Shown here: positions 29,401-44,809 of the stretch, piece after piece
Layout: each line of letters opens with the position of its first letter
Numbering within the stretch: position 1 is the stretch's first letter
From: Lytechinus pictus
Lineage: Eukaryota
DNA: 64,000 nucleotides
NCBI RefSeq assembly: GCF_037042905.1
Contig: NC_087250.1
Location: 1,984,001-2,048,000, forward strand
Reading direction: 5' to 3'
Translations under genes and position numbers: made by a program
Notes under the pieces: model-generated
What the model was told of the DNA's origin: nothing
Database searches by the model: none
What the model saw: only the letters and a program-made list of their open reading frames with translations

Positions 29401-32400
29401 AATTAACTGGTACAGAAGCTTTCCTTGTCACTCCTGGGCAGTCTGTATAGTCGGGTTTGTCTCTAGTACACAAAGCTATCCATTTCTTGTCTCCATTGCG
29501 TGGTGTCCACAGACAGATTTGACTGAATTACATGAACCTATCCATAAAGACTACCAGCTCATAAAAACCCTTTCCATTGTTTCTGTTTGGGGGGAATATT
29601 CAGCGTAGAAAGATATCCTTTGGGGATAACCTTTACAGACAGGTTCCTCTTGGGAAGTCGTTCTAGACAGGTTTCACAGTATGCTAAATATCAAAACTTA
29701 CATCATCAACCTGATTAAAATTAACAGGTACCGAAGCTTGCTTCCATTCGGTAGATGACTGACTTTGCTGGCCCTCCAGCATCCAAACCAGGTCCCGATT
29801 GGCTAGGTCTGAGGCTTGGGACGTATAGACCAGGAGCTGACCCATGTTCATACCGTACATCATGTACCAGAACTGAAGACATTTAACTCCAGTCAGTGAC
29901 GGGGCACCAAGCATTAGGTGTGCCTGAAGACCGATGGCAGCAGGAATTAAAGAGTCGACTAAAAGGTAGTGGCCTGCATGGAACAATGTATCAATGATCA
30001 TCAATATCACCACCATGTCAGCAGTACATGTAGGCATGATCTTCACTTTTAGTATTATCAATGGATAAAAGATGTTGAGAAAAATTCAGAGTAGGGTCTT
30101 GATATTGACTTCAAATATCAAATTGTTTCTTTTGGAATATCTTTGGGAAATAATTAATCAAACAGGTTTATAATTTATAAGCACTGATTCAAGTTAGTAA
30201 ACAAACTTAAAGGTAAAATAAAATGAAATAATATACACATGAATAAATTTAAATAAACAGTTATCACTGAAACATCAAATTGTTAACACTATTTTTTCCT
30301 GATCATCATCTTCGTGGGAATTATAAATGAACAGCCAAATCTCAATATGGCATTCAGAATTAATAACAATTATTGAAGTAGTGATATTCCTCTATCCTGT
30401 GATATTCCTCTATCCTTATAATGAAATAAGTGCACTTATCTTTCACTAAACTTGCTACCAATATTGCAGTCATCATCATGAATGTCACCACTACCAACAT
30501 TATTATAATCATCATCACTACCATCACCAACCTCCTCCTCCTCATCATTATCATTTTTCCCACCACCATCATCACAGCTACCAACACCATCACTATCATC
30601 ATCATCATTTTTACCACCACTATCATCACTGCTACCAACACCATCACTATCATCATTATCATTTTTACCACCACCATCATCACTGCTACCAACACCATCA
30701 CTATCATCATCATCATTTTTACCACCACTATCATCACTGCTACCAACACCATCACTATCATCATCATCATTTTTACCACCACCATCATCACTGCTACCAA
30801 CACCATCACTATCATCATCATCATTTTTATCACCACCATCATCACTGCTACCAACACAATCACTATCATCATCATCATTTTTACCACCACTATCATCACT
30901 GCTACCAACACCAACACTATCACCATCATCATTTTTACCACCACCATCATCACTGCTACCAACACAATCACTATCATCATCATCATTTTTACCACCACCA
31001 TCATCACTGCTACCAACACCATCACTATCACCATCATCATTTTTATCACCACCATCATCACTGCTACCAACACCATCACTATCATCATCATCATCATTTT
31101 TATCACCACCATCATCACTGCTATCAACACCATCACTATCACCATCATCATTTTTACCACCACCATCATCACTGCTACCAACACCATCACTATCATCATC
31201 ATCATTTTTATCACCACCATCATCACTGCTACCAACACCATCACTATCATCATCATCATTTTTACCACCACCATCATCACTGCTACCAACACAATCACTA
31301 TCATCATCATCATTTTTACCACCACAACCATCATCACTGCTACCGACACCATCACTATCACCATCATCATTTTTACCACCACCATCATCACTGCTACCAA
31401 CACAATCACTATCATCATCATCATTTTTACCACCACCATCATCACTGCTACCAACACCATCACTATCACCATCATCATTTTTATCACCACCATCATCACT
31501 GCTACCAACACCATCACTATCACCATCATCATTTTTACCACCACCATTATCACTGCTACCAACACCGACACCATCATCATTTTTACCACCACCATCATCA
31601 CTGCTACCAACACCATCACTATCACCATCATCATTTTTACCACCACCATCATCACTGCTACCAACACCATCACTATCATCATCATCATTTTTACCACCAC
31701 CATCATCACCGCTACCAACACCGACACCATCACTATCATCATCATCTTGTAGAGGTATTACCTGCTTCTCCTAGAGTGTGGTCAACGGTTGGACCTGACT
31801 GACCAGCAGAGCCCTGCTGTGTTATCCAATCTAGATCATCTCTATCAATATTCACCCATGGACAGCTTCCACTTTCAAAATCACAATCACCTACAGATTC
31901 AGAATAGAGATTGACACCACATATTAAAGGTGATTTTGCTTCAATATAATGTTCTTGATAAAAATACACATGCATCCTCATATATGCTCATGGTCAAACT
32001 GTATGCCTTCAAAATGCCAGATAAATAATACACTATATAATGTGGCACACCAAATTTCTAACATTCTCAAATAATTAATGACCTCTCTTAATTCTGATCT
32101 TTGACCTTGCGACCTTAGCATCTAATTGGATCATCACTTACAAATGCACAAATGAAACTGGTTTAAAGTCCACCACTAAAATGGTTCTTTCGTTATTGCA
32201 AGGAATATGTTATTTGAGTTGCACTTAAATGCAATCCTTTCTGGAATGAGGAAATTTACCCTTTTTTTAGTTTACTTTAGACCGACAGCAACATGAAATA
32301 TTCAGGGTCTTTTTTTCTGGGGGGGGGGTCTCAAAGTGATTTTTTTTATTCACAAAACTAGTCATTTAAAGTAATTTAAAGTAAGTTATGTGGGTTTTAC

Positions 32401-35400
32401 TTGCCTAGACCATGGCAGACTTCATTAGAAATGGTAACATCATCAATAGCTATATCACTCATGTCTCCAGAACCCCTAATGGCTTCAAAGACAACTCTGA
32501 AAGTGAGGGCGCTAGACAGGCTGACCTCTCCCATGTACCAGTGATCACTCAGGTCTTCTGTACCCTGAGTCCACAAGGGTGTGCTTACTTCTTGGTTACC
32601 CTGGAGGAGTAAGTGATTGATGAATCATTAGGTAAGCTCATTTTTATTTCAGGAGCTTTTGCAGAAAAAAGAGCTGCTTCATTATATAAAAGGGAGTGGG
32701 GGACACTGCATGAAATTGCAACCGTAAGTCTTTCAATTGCTTGCTTGTCTGCTTCTTTTAACAGAAAAGAAATATTCTCTTGGTTTACTTTGTTTTATTA
32801 TTCCTAAAACCAGCAGCCAGGATTATCTAGCCATCCATATCATGATTACTTGACCAACCTTTGCCCATTTGGTACCATAGCACACACATTATGGCAATAT
32901 ACATGTAGCAATTACCACTATGGCAGTACAATAGCACACACTCACAATAACACTAACATAACAATACACTCACCATAACACTAAAATAACAGACACACAC
33001 ACACTATGTAAATATAATCTCATTCACTCAATCAAAAACTAACATAACACACCGCCACTATGACAGTACAATAACACACACTCACACAACACTAAAAAAC
33101 CACACACTCAATATGACAGTCCAAAGATACACAAACAACACTAAAATACCACACACTCACACAACATTAAAATACCACACTCTATGACAGTCCAATAACA
33201 CACACACACAACACTAATATTACACACACTTACACAACATTAAAATACTACAAACTAATTATGACAGTCCAATAACATACACTCACATTACACTAAGATA
33301 ACACACACTCATGGTTACAATAAAATAACACACCTCCACTATGACAGTAAAATAACACACACTCACATAATATCACACACCCCCACTATGACAGTAAAAT
33401 AACACACACTCATGGTTACACTAAAATAAATAAAACAATTGCACACTCTTAATGCCGGAATAGCAAACACACTCACCTCTTTTAGACGGATGTTGAGTGT
33501 TCCCATTTCTGTCCCAAACATATGATAATAGAATGACACACAATACTCTGTCTGATCGGTATCATGAATGATCTCTCTTGATTGTAGTCTAGCTCGATCT
33601 CCCTCTAATCTCTCATAGGCACTGGCATACACATAGTGTCCTGTAGAAAGAAATAGTAAATTGCCAATAGGTCTACAGCTGATATGTCTGTTTTCTGTTT
33701 GGTATAATTGCACATGGAGTATAAGCCTACATGCTACCTAGTACATTTACCAATTTTCTTTAATTTCCAGTTAGGCTTATTCATAACTTCCAAAGAAAGC
33801 GTATTTCACTGGAAGGGAGGGACCTGTTTACTTGTAAATTCTTCTTCTTCATCCTATCTTCAACACTTTTTTCCACAATCAACAAACATTACTTGAGAAA
33901 AAACTTACGTAAATTAGGGAAAAAATATTGATTGTGCTAAAACAATGGTTTCAGACACTACCTTTTCTAGTAGTAATAATAACAATGTCAATAATGTGCA
34001 CAGGCTATGAATAAATGCAATATTTTCATTTTCAAGAGTTGGGGGGAAGGCGTGTCCATTATAATTCCATAAGCATAAATTACAATATTCTGAAAATTAG
34101 GGTTGAAAATACCAAAGATCAATTTTGCACAGCCAATATTGTGAGTGTAATTTGTCTTATTTTCTTATTCACATCTATATGTAACTATGTTTGGACATAC
34201 CAAATATATCATATTGAATCTTGAATATAACTTTCTACAATTCACAATGAAAATACAGTTCAAGACAAATCTAATTTAAATTCTATCGTATGCATTTGCA
34301 ATCTTTAACACATGTCATATCCATATTTATTTATGTTTAGATGACCAAAATAGATTAATTTAGACATAATTATTTTTATGTAGTAAAAAAAAAATCATTT
34401 CATATCTGCCACACAATGAATGTTTTAGGACATTTTGTGTTGTGGAGGGTTGTGGCCCAGTAGATTAGTCTCTGGACTTTGAAACAGAGGGGTGTGGGTT
34501 CGAATCCCAGCCATGGCGTAATTTCCTTCAGCAAGAAATTTATCCACATTGTGCTGCACTCGACCCAGGTGAGGAGAATGGGTATCCGGTAGGATTTTTC
34601 CTTGAACGCTTTAGCGCCTATTAATATGGCGGCTCAGCTACAGCCGGGGTAATAATATGATACCAAGTATCAAAGGGCAGTTGAGTATATGCACATAGTA
34701 ACTGTGCTCTATAAATGGACATATTATTATTATTATTTCGTATAATCTAGTAAAGAATTCTGATAGTGATATACAGCCACATTTTGGTGGGTTCGCCAAA
34801 ACTCAAGACGTTTTAAGTGAATTATTTTCAATTTGTAATCACGCAACGCGACTTTGAAAAAAGGTTCCTTCATAAACTCATATATCTCAAAAATACAGTT
34901 AATGTCTTTGTAATAGGCTTACCAGAGCTAGTTCCGTATGTTACATCTACAGAAGGTCCTGTGTACAATGTAGGTGTTGGTCCGTTGAACCATGTCCAAT
35001 CATACTCATCATCAAAGTCTTGTTTAAAAGTACAGATGTCAGGGTTTTCAAACGTGCAGGTTTCACTCACTGTAAATTGAAATACAATTTAATAGTTAAA
35101 ATGATAGGAGCAATTTACCTACTAGAACAGATTATTTCACTGTGTATTGAAAAATCCATATTTTTTTATTGTTCGAAATAGACACCAGGATTGAAATACT
35201 CTGAAAATTTGTTTTGCCCAATTGATCGTGGGCCCGGCAGCCGCTGCGCAGCGCCAGAATGATGAGGCTTTATCCCCTTAATTGTTGAACGCCAAACAGG
35301 GTAGCAGCAACTCCCATCTTTTAACGTCTTTTGATCTGACGTGGCCAAGGTTTGAACCCACGACCTTCCCGTTGTGAGACAGAAGCTCTACCAACTGAGC

Positions 35401-38400
35401 CAAAATACCAGTTGAAAAACATTTTCAATTAGCTATATGTACTATAAGAGATGAACTGATAAGTTATTGATATGGTAAACATCAGCCCAAACTTTTTGTT
35501 CTCATTTCAAATTATGGTCAATTCAGTGGGCTGAAATTAGATTAATATCCAAAAATAGATAAATGCATTCTAAAATTAATTCTAATGTGGCTCCTTATAA
35601 AATCTAAATCAGATTAAATATTTCTTAGATGCATATGGGACCAGACACAGATTTAAGGAGTTGCTCAAAAATATTGCTTCCTCTGTCATTATTTTTCAGG
35701 GAAAAGGTGACCGACACTTTTTTTACACAAGAAAAAAAAAATCATTTTCTAACAGAAATAAAATACTTTTTTTTTTAAAGGTCACAACTAATAAAGCATG
35801 AACCTGAGATACAAGACTTAATTTGGAAGTGAAAACATCCCTCATATAAAATCATTCCAAAACCCCAGAACTAAATCTATTCATATCCAATGATAAATAG
35901 AAACTAAAATAAAGCATAAAAGATGGACATATGAAATACCTTCTTACAAGAAAAATAAAAAGATACATATTATCATTCGTATAGTATGAAGGTCAAGTCT
36001 ACCCCAGGAAAATGCTGACTTGAATAAATAGATAAAAATCAAACTAGCACAGTTCTGAAAATTTCATCAAAATCGGATGTAAAATAAGTAAGTTTTGACA
36101 TTTTTTACGTTTCACTTATTTTTAACAAAACAGTGATATGCACAAATAGGTGAGTCGATGAGGTCCATCACTCACTATTTCTTTTGTTTTCTATTGTTTG
36201 AATTATACAATATTTCATTTTTTATAGATTTGACAATAAGGACCAACTTGACTGAACCATATAGTATTGAACAATGCTAATTTTATATGTTCAGTGAGCA
36301 ATTAGCCGTTGTATCACTTGACAATGAGGAGAAAATTAGAATATTTCATATAATAAAATACATTCAAAAGAAATAGAGAGTGGATGATGTCATAGTCTCT
36401 TCATTTGCATACCAGCCAGGATGTGCATATAAATTTTTTTCGAAATTAACCGAAGCTTTAAAATGTCATAACTTTCTTATTTTACATCCGAGTTTGACGA
36501 AATTTTCAGTGCTATGCTTGTTGGATTTTTCTCTTTTTATTCATATCAACTTTTTGTTGGGGTGGAGTTTTCCTTAAGACATCTTACTTGGGCAGTATCC
36601 AGGTTGTATATCAATGTCATCCAGAGCCATATCACTCTGTTGTCCTGACCCAGTCAGTCCTTCAAAAACAATCTAAAATAATGGGAAATATGACAAAATT
36701 TTGATTAAGGATCTCCTGTCCATACAAGATTAGTCTGTATTGGAACTCACAACAGCAGGCATATTCATTCTGGAAAACTGGGCATTCGATTATGTGGGTA
36801 TTAAACCAATTTAAATGGAGACAAAACAGTAATTAGACCTAATCAATAGTAGACAAAAGCATTGAGCACATAAATACATATGAGTAGTAGAGAGACTCTC
36901 TACTACTCATCATCTCTACTCGCCGACTCAAGCCAGCATCTCCTCATCAGCTCTACTACTCAAGCTGTTCTCAACTCATCAAACTTTCCTGGTTTACAGT
37001 CCTTTTCAGGACTACTCTCAAGAAAGAATACTCTACTCTCAAATCTCCACTTTCTCGCCTATCCATTTCTTCTCTTCTTCTATCCACTGTTTCTATAACA
37101 CTCCACATGGTGTACCGTAAACCACATCAGCAATTGTACATACCACCATGCAAACCTTCAAACAACACCTACATCAGTGTAATAAACTGACTAAATGGAA
37201 ATTAGACCAATTTGACAGAGTGAACCCTAACCACCGACACGCACCTTGTAGTTGGCCTTAGGGGCATACTGGACCTGTGCTTCAAACCATTGATCTGCCA
37301 AAGAACCTTCTCTAGTCCACAAAGGTTGGCCTAGAGCTGTTCCCTCCTTACCGTAGACATTCAGGTCACCCATGGTGGATCCCCACATGTGATACCAGAA
37401 TGTAACGCATGAGATCATGGTACTGGGGAAAAGGCGTGATTCTAGGCGATGTCTCCTATTAACAAAGAAACCCTCGGTGTATATGTATGATCCTAAAGCT
37501 GCAAGAAAGAGAAAGATAGGGGATAAAGGTCGTAGATCATCATATCACATGCTGACGAGACATGATGGAAAGCTACATAGTTACAACCACATGAATAAAT
37601 CTGCATGTATTATCAGTATTTAATATGTTAATTTATATTATGATATTAAGTGTGTCTTTACGTATTGTATGCTTCATCTCATTGTAGCCACTTAACTCCA
37701 ATAATGTACACCTTATATTTTTCCATTCAAATCTAGGTATGATGATAGACATTTTCATTGTTACACTCACATTCACACACACACACTCGTCTCTCTCTTG
37801 CTCATGATCTTCCCACTTTTCCTCCTCTTGCTCACTACCTCTCTTTTCATTTTTCCTCCCTTCCGTGCTACTTTCTGGTTAGTCAGAACTCATTGTTTTT
37901 ATGTTGTTTGGCCGCGTGTATTTTCCATTTTGGTTTATCATCATGGAGATGCATGTCAAAATTTAATACATATGGCCCCAACATGATCAACAAGATTTCT
38001 ATGTGTTTTGCTGTTTATTATGATGAATATGTAGAATTTGAGCTTTTTAGTTTGATGTTCAATGTATGCTTATGTAAATTTTTGTAAAGGGTTATGCCAT
38101 TTGGCTTATAATTGTGACAAACCAGTAAATACAGAACTGTTATCATTTCAGATAGGTTAATGATGCTGCTTTCATATGTTAGAAGGCCATTTCTAAGAAG
38201 TAAGCCTGTCTGACCCATTATAAGGGACCTTCCTGAAATTCATTATGTCTGTTTTCTAGTTCCAACTCCTCTTGTGTGATCATATGAAGAGCCTGATAAG
38301 AATGATAAACAATATTGGAATGTAGGAACTTCCCTGTGTGACACCATATCTTACCATCCCTCTCCTGTGAGAGGAGTTGGAACTAGAAACCAGATATAGA

Positions 38401-41400
38401 AGGATGCCCTGCTCTTAATTTACCATGGCTTGAATGAAGAGATCATGAAATGAAGTCAATATGGACCAGACATGTGAAGACTCCCATGTCATGCACTCTT
38501 CCATCAAAATCTCATTCTAATGCCTGTATCACAGTTTTTCCTAATATACATTATATGCAATGCCCGGTAATCTCATGCCAAATGACAGTACGCTACCAAC
38601 AATCTCATGCCTTACTTGTCTTTCAACTTGGCATCTCTAACAGAGAAGTAAATTGGGGTTGGGCATCAAAGGGTTGAATATTTTCTGACATTGCCCAATA
38701 GTGAGTTCAAAGTATAAATCCTGGCATAACCCTTGTTTTCTTAGAAAAACAAATAAATCAACCTACCCCATTAACCCTAAAAAGACTGGGGGGCTGATTC
38801 AGCCCCCCCCCCTCGACATTTTTCGCGATAAATATGTAATGCGAAAAGCTGGCGCCGCGCCGTTCCATGACTATTTTTTTTCAAGTCTTGCGCAACTTTT
38901 GAGACCAAATTTGCGACGCCCGGGTACGTGGTTCCGAAATTACGCATTGTAAGTGCATGTCGACCCGAAATTGCTCAAAAACGTGAATTTGAGTACAAAT
39001 CCAATGCAAATTGTGTTTTTAGCCAAAATTCATAAATGTATCATTATTTTCAATTTTACTAATCAAACTCAATTAATTTCATCTTGTTTGTGGTCAAAAT
39101 AAAGTAGGGGACGATTTCCATTGAAAAAAAATAAAAAACAAAAAGTCAAAAAACATAGAAATACATAAGAAATTTAAAAAAAAATGAAATACATAAGAAA
39201 AGAATTGTGATATTGAATTTATTTTAAAGTACATTTGATCAGAATCCCTCAAAGAGTCTGTGAATAAAAAATTAGCAGTTTAGAGGCCTTATTTAGTTAA
39301 CTAGAGCAAATCTTTGATTTTACGCATAAATTAGCATAATTAATGAATTATGAGATTTTTCTGAAAATTTGATCCTACAGTCTTGGAGATTATGCCATGG
39401 GTAATACACGTGCCAATTTTCGTCACGATCGCGCAGTCGACGGCCGAGATCATAGGGGGGGCTGAATCAGCCCCCCCCCCCAGTCTTCTTAGGCATCGAA
39501 ATAGCCCAGTCTATTTAGGGTTAACTGTGTGTAAATGTTCCAATAACATATCTAATACAAAAAAATCCTGAAAATAGTAAAATTCCATTTCAATTCATTA
39601 TTTCTTTGTTAAACTTTCCTACCAAGATTGTATAAACTTTGCCAAGGCAGTGGTAAAAAGTATGATGAACAATATTGGAATGTAGGAACTTCCATGTGGG
39701 ACACCATATCTTATCATCTCCTCTTGTGTGATCATATGATGGACCTGATAAGAATGATAAACAATACTGGAGAGTAGGAACTTCCCTGTGGAACGCCATA
39801 TCTTACCATCTCCTCTTGTGTGATCATATGATGGGCCTGTGCCAGACGTTGAGGTTGAGCCCTGTCCTCTTCTCCAGTCAAAATCATCATCAGTGGACTG
39901 GACAAAGTCACATGTATCGCTTTCAAAGTCACAGCTTTGCGTCCCAGATGCTACAATGAAATAAAACAAAAGTCTGAAGGATTGTTGCAAAGTTCAAGTG
40001 TAATCAAATGTTCCCCAAATCAAATATAATAGGACATTGCAAGAGAGTTGAGAATTATGGTGGAGTAAAAATCAATTGAAGTACTTGCTTTTGATGTAAG
40101 TAATAAAAGTTTCTTGCTAAAAGTTGCTATGTCCCCATAAGTGTTGGGCATCTTAAAATTCAAAATAATTTCAAAGCAGCTTTTCTCTCCCAAATTGGTC
40201 AACCCGAGGATTAAAAGGGGAGACACACACTGAATAGGATGTCTGCTAAAAACTGGGCAGAAAGGGGATCAGATTTGAGTTGATGCACCAGAAACATGCA
40301 CTCTGTATTCACATTTCAATGAACCAACCTATTTTGTTTTGTATACCAAATAAAACTTCAACATTATTTGGTGTCTTAAACTCAGCGTCCTATATCAAGG
40401 CATTCTTCAGCATTCAATTTCAACGAGTGAATTCACATTGTCATTCCATGAAGTAATTGGGTTTCAAAGTCTCGCTGAAATGCTTAGTTTGGTGACGGAG
40501 GTAATATATATGTAAAGCATATACTAGTCCAATCTATTAGGTACTAAGTAAACACAGAGTATTCTCAGTATGGTGGTACAGTTGTATAAAATCCAATAAG
40601 ATGTACAGTTTTTACAACTTTGAAGCATATGATTATTATTTCAAATAGATTTCTCTTACTTAATCTTTGCAATGTGCAATATCGTTTTTTTTCATAAAAA
40701 GCCGGATAACGCAGCAAACATATAATAGTCATGTCATGATAAAGGCACCATGTCATGTGTGTTGTATATGAATGTTTACTTACGTGGTGGAGAAGTTGGA
40801 GGTGCTGGCGTTGTAGTTGGAACAACAGCTGCTTCTGGAGGATAGGCTAAAAATTTATCAAATAAAAAAACATTTGATATGATCACTGAAGGCATACACA
40901 TTAGTGTGACATCACATATGAACTTAATTTCTCAGTGTCTAATGTTACTGCTCAATGCAAAGAAATATTCATGTTTCATCACTTGTTGGAAAGTATTTTA
41001 TTTTATTACAGTGGATATCTGCACAATACAAATACAGATGACACAACATTTGCTCCTGCAACAATTGCTCTGGGCTTAATTTTTAAGATGTATGATTAGG
41101 ATTAGGGTTGCATTAAGGTTATGTTAGGTTTAGGGTTAGGTTTATTAGGGTAGGGTCTAGTGTTAAAACCAAGGTTGAAGGTCATTTGATTAGTATGTGG
41201 TATTTAGGGTGGAGCAATTGTTGTCGGAGCAAATGCCATGGAACACAAATACATGTATGAAATGCATGTATTCATTATCAATATTTTTTTCTCTTTTTTG
41301 CTTATAAATACTGGCCATTTTCATATAAGCATTTCACTATGTTTTCTTGAGCTGCTTGATTTTAATAGGTTTGCAATAAACATCATTGGCCCCAATGACA

Positions 41401-44400
41401 AAATTTGGTCAATCTATCTTGATACATTCAGGGTCCTTGTGTTGTTTCAAATACTGACTTCTTCATGAAAAGGGAGATTTCACTTATTATTGATTGCGAT
41501 TATTTATACACTAACTGCGTAAACGGGAAATATCATTTATTATCATATTGTATCATATGATATCATATCATATATCGATCAAATGAAGTTGGAGATATCT
41601 ATGACTATCACATTGGGCTCTTATTTACACTGTTTGAGAAGATGAAGAGGGGGTTATAACTTACTATCGCACTCTCCAGGAATGAGCTGGATATCATCCA
41701 GTGCAATGTCACTCAAATCACTTGATCCAACGATTCCCCAGAACTCCATCTTATAAATGATAATCATAAGATAATAGGATTAGTGTGAATACTTTGAATG
41801 AAGGCACAAGTATAAGTTTGTGTTCATTAGCTCTGTCCATATTTAATCAAATCTGAATAGATAATAATGACAATCTTATGAAGATAATAATAGTACAGTT
41901 CTTAATAGATGCATAACACCTAGAGGTCTCTATGCATGAGGAAAGCGGGAAATGTGGTTAGAATTGTAGATTTGAAAATTCAACATTAAATTGCATTTTA
42001 AACATCAAAGAATATTAGATTGAACCTAACTTAGTACGCAAAGAGGTGGGGTTTTAATTGTACTTTGAATTTCTCATTACAAGCTGGGTAATATATTTCG
42101 TATATTCAGTGGGAGAGAATTCCTTTGTGCTTACTTCAAATTTTTTTTCAAATTTTTGTGTCCTGATTCGAATATTTATACCACAAGTTATCTTTCTTGA
42201 GAACAATATGAACTGTATAAATTGACTACCGTATCAGAAAATTTTCGTCACTTGATAAAGAGTTGCAGCGGCACTCGAAAGCTCGTAAACTTGTAAGCTA
42301 GTGAACACTTTTTACGAGAGTGATCACGAATTTCCTAGAAAGCTAGTGAACACTTTTTGCGAGAGTGATCACAAATTTCCTTGTTGACCATAGTAGATTG
42401 CAAGACAAATGAATACCCTCTAGCGATTATTTCATTCCGCAATAATGAACCTATTTAGTAATATGAACTGTTTTGCTGCTTTACTACAAAGGTGATAATT
42501 GAATACATGAATACATGCAAAATGTTATCATTACTATGCAAATTGTTAAAGTTTGTCAAATTATAGATAATCATCACATCATAAAATATTTCATTATATA
42601 AAAGATACAGAAGAGGACATTCTAAATATCTAAAGAATATTGCCGGATAGTTTAGGTGCGGTATGGTATTACGACCAAACACTATATAAAGATTGATCTA
42701 TTTATTACAAAATTAAGAATTGATTACCACATTCTATATTAACAGTGGTTTTGGACCAAAAAAATAGTCCTGGTACACCATTCCTGTATGCAACAGAGAA
42801 ATATTTCCAAGTACCTTGACTTTATCTTGAGCATCACTGTATTGTATCTTGCCTTGCTTCCAGACTGTATTATCATTATTTTGTTCTCCCTTGAGACTCC
42901 ATACCGTCTCTTCTAAACCAGCCTCAGTTCTGTATAAGAAAAAAAGAAATGACATATTTATCCACAAATATTACACAGTGTAAAACACTTTTCTTCCACA
43001 CATATACATACTATTATCACTGTCCCATGAATAAAGCAAGTCTGTTTTTTTTTCTTCAAAATTGACTCTTTTCTCAATTTGGGATATTTTCTGAGAATGC
43101 TTTACAGAATGCTGATGGAATTGGAGTTGCATCTTCACCAGCTTCTAAAATAAACACATTTCAAAAGCAAGTAACTCTACACATTTCTATATAAAACAAA
43201 GACATATTTTCTCCATCTACTTAGACACTTATTCCTCACTAAGAGTTGCTTCCTCTTGTCATTGGAGGGCAGAATACCCATTTTGGTGCTCTGATGCAGC
43301 TTTGCAAAGTGTATACAAACTTTCTCAACAGGAATTACACTGAGTGTATTGCAGCAGCTCTTCTGCATTCCAAAATGTTTTGTTTAGGCTGAAATTAAAG
43401 GATTAGCCAGGAAATGATGCTTAGTACAATTTCTACAGAGAGAAACGATTCATACTTTTGTTGCTGAGTTATTGATTCAAGTACTCTACGAAACGCAAAT
43501 CGATCATTTGGTTAAATTTTAATTCATCACAAAATGTTTTTAACCAACTGAAAAAAAAGATATGCGAAATATCAATTAATCAATGTGTAACTGAATAAAT
43601 CATTATTTAATTTTTAAACATTATTACATGATCCATGGGCAAAACAAGGCAGATTAGACAATCTTTTCACCAATAATATGAGCCCTGAAATTACATCATG
43701 TAAAAGTCCAACCTAGCTGGATGAGCCTACCCAAAACTTCATAGGGTTGGTTGCAAGAAACGTATACGCATTGATGGCAAAAAGAGTTTATAATAATTTA
43801 TGTTACGAGATGAAAACCCAGCAAGAACTTTGAAATTGATTGGAACACTTATGTTTTAACACCTTAAATTAACTTGTGATCAATTTGCCACTTTTATGAA
43901 AGACCAATTAATCCGTTGCGAACTGGAACCGGGTAATACCTGTACAAAGTCTATGGGAATTACAGAATTAAACGGGTTAAGACTCACTTCAGCAGTCTCA
44001 GTTCACCAATATCTTGACCATGCATCATATACCAAAACGAGAAGCAGGTATGAGTTCTGGTAACGAGGGATACAGTTGAACTGATCTTAGCAATGTCTCC
44101 TGGCCGACTGGGAAAACTACCATCAATGTAGATATAGAAGCCTGTCAGAGTATAGAAATAAACCACTAATAGTGAATGAGAAATAGAAATGTTTAACCAA
44201 TATCCAATGCCAAAGCGATTTGCTACCGCGATTGAATTCTTTTCTTGAATGATATCAATATGTGAGTTTATAATATAATGATAATTACATGCAATCCACT
44301 CTTTTGATCTTGTCCTTCTCTTTTCTATTTACCATTGATCATTTCCTCTTAATGGAAATGTTCAAGACCTGGTCTTAGAAAAACAAAAAAATAAACCACT

Positions 44401-44775
44401 ACTATCTGATAACATGGTAGTCCACAAATTTTTACGGCCCTCCTCCCTTCCCTAAGTAACTCTTTTTTCTTAACCGTACTTACACTGTACCTACATTTGA
44501 TAGTGTTGTTTGACCACTCTGTGGTGGTTTAGTTGAACTACAAGATTGCTTTTTTGTCATCTCAGGTTGAATTGTACAATTTCTAGAATTTATCCCATTT
44601 TCTCTCTATTTGTACTCCACCTGTTTCTCCCCCTTTTCTTTCCTGTATCTGATAGTCTTGTGTGATCATTTAGAGGACCAGCTTGTGGTGTAGTACAGTA
44701 CTACCAGATTGTCTTTGTCAGTCAAGTTGATCTCTACCGTCAGCAGCATTAGCATTTTCCTTCTATCACCCCTCC

Positions 44776-44809
<34 letters not shown>

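Noticed and set aside
30360-31752. 461-aa and 440-aa ORFs (M/V/I-rich and T/I-rich)
   Set aside because: Artefacts of a triplet-based minisatellite; the MAM I exons splice in frame across it.
34444-34520. tRNA genes (also near 9300, 28420, 35340, 49450 and 61690)
   Set aside because: The tRNA-like heads continue into shared SINE bodies and tails; no complete cloverleaf is evident.
41095-41165. Interstitial telomeric repeat
   Set aside because: Only a few degenerate TTAGG(G) units inside a dispersed small element also seen near 23770 and 24420.
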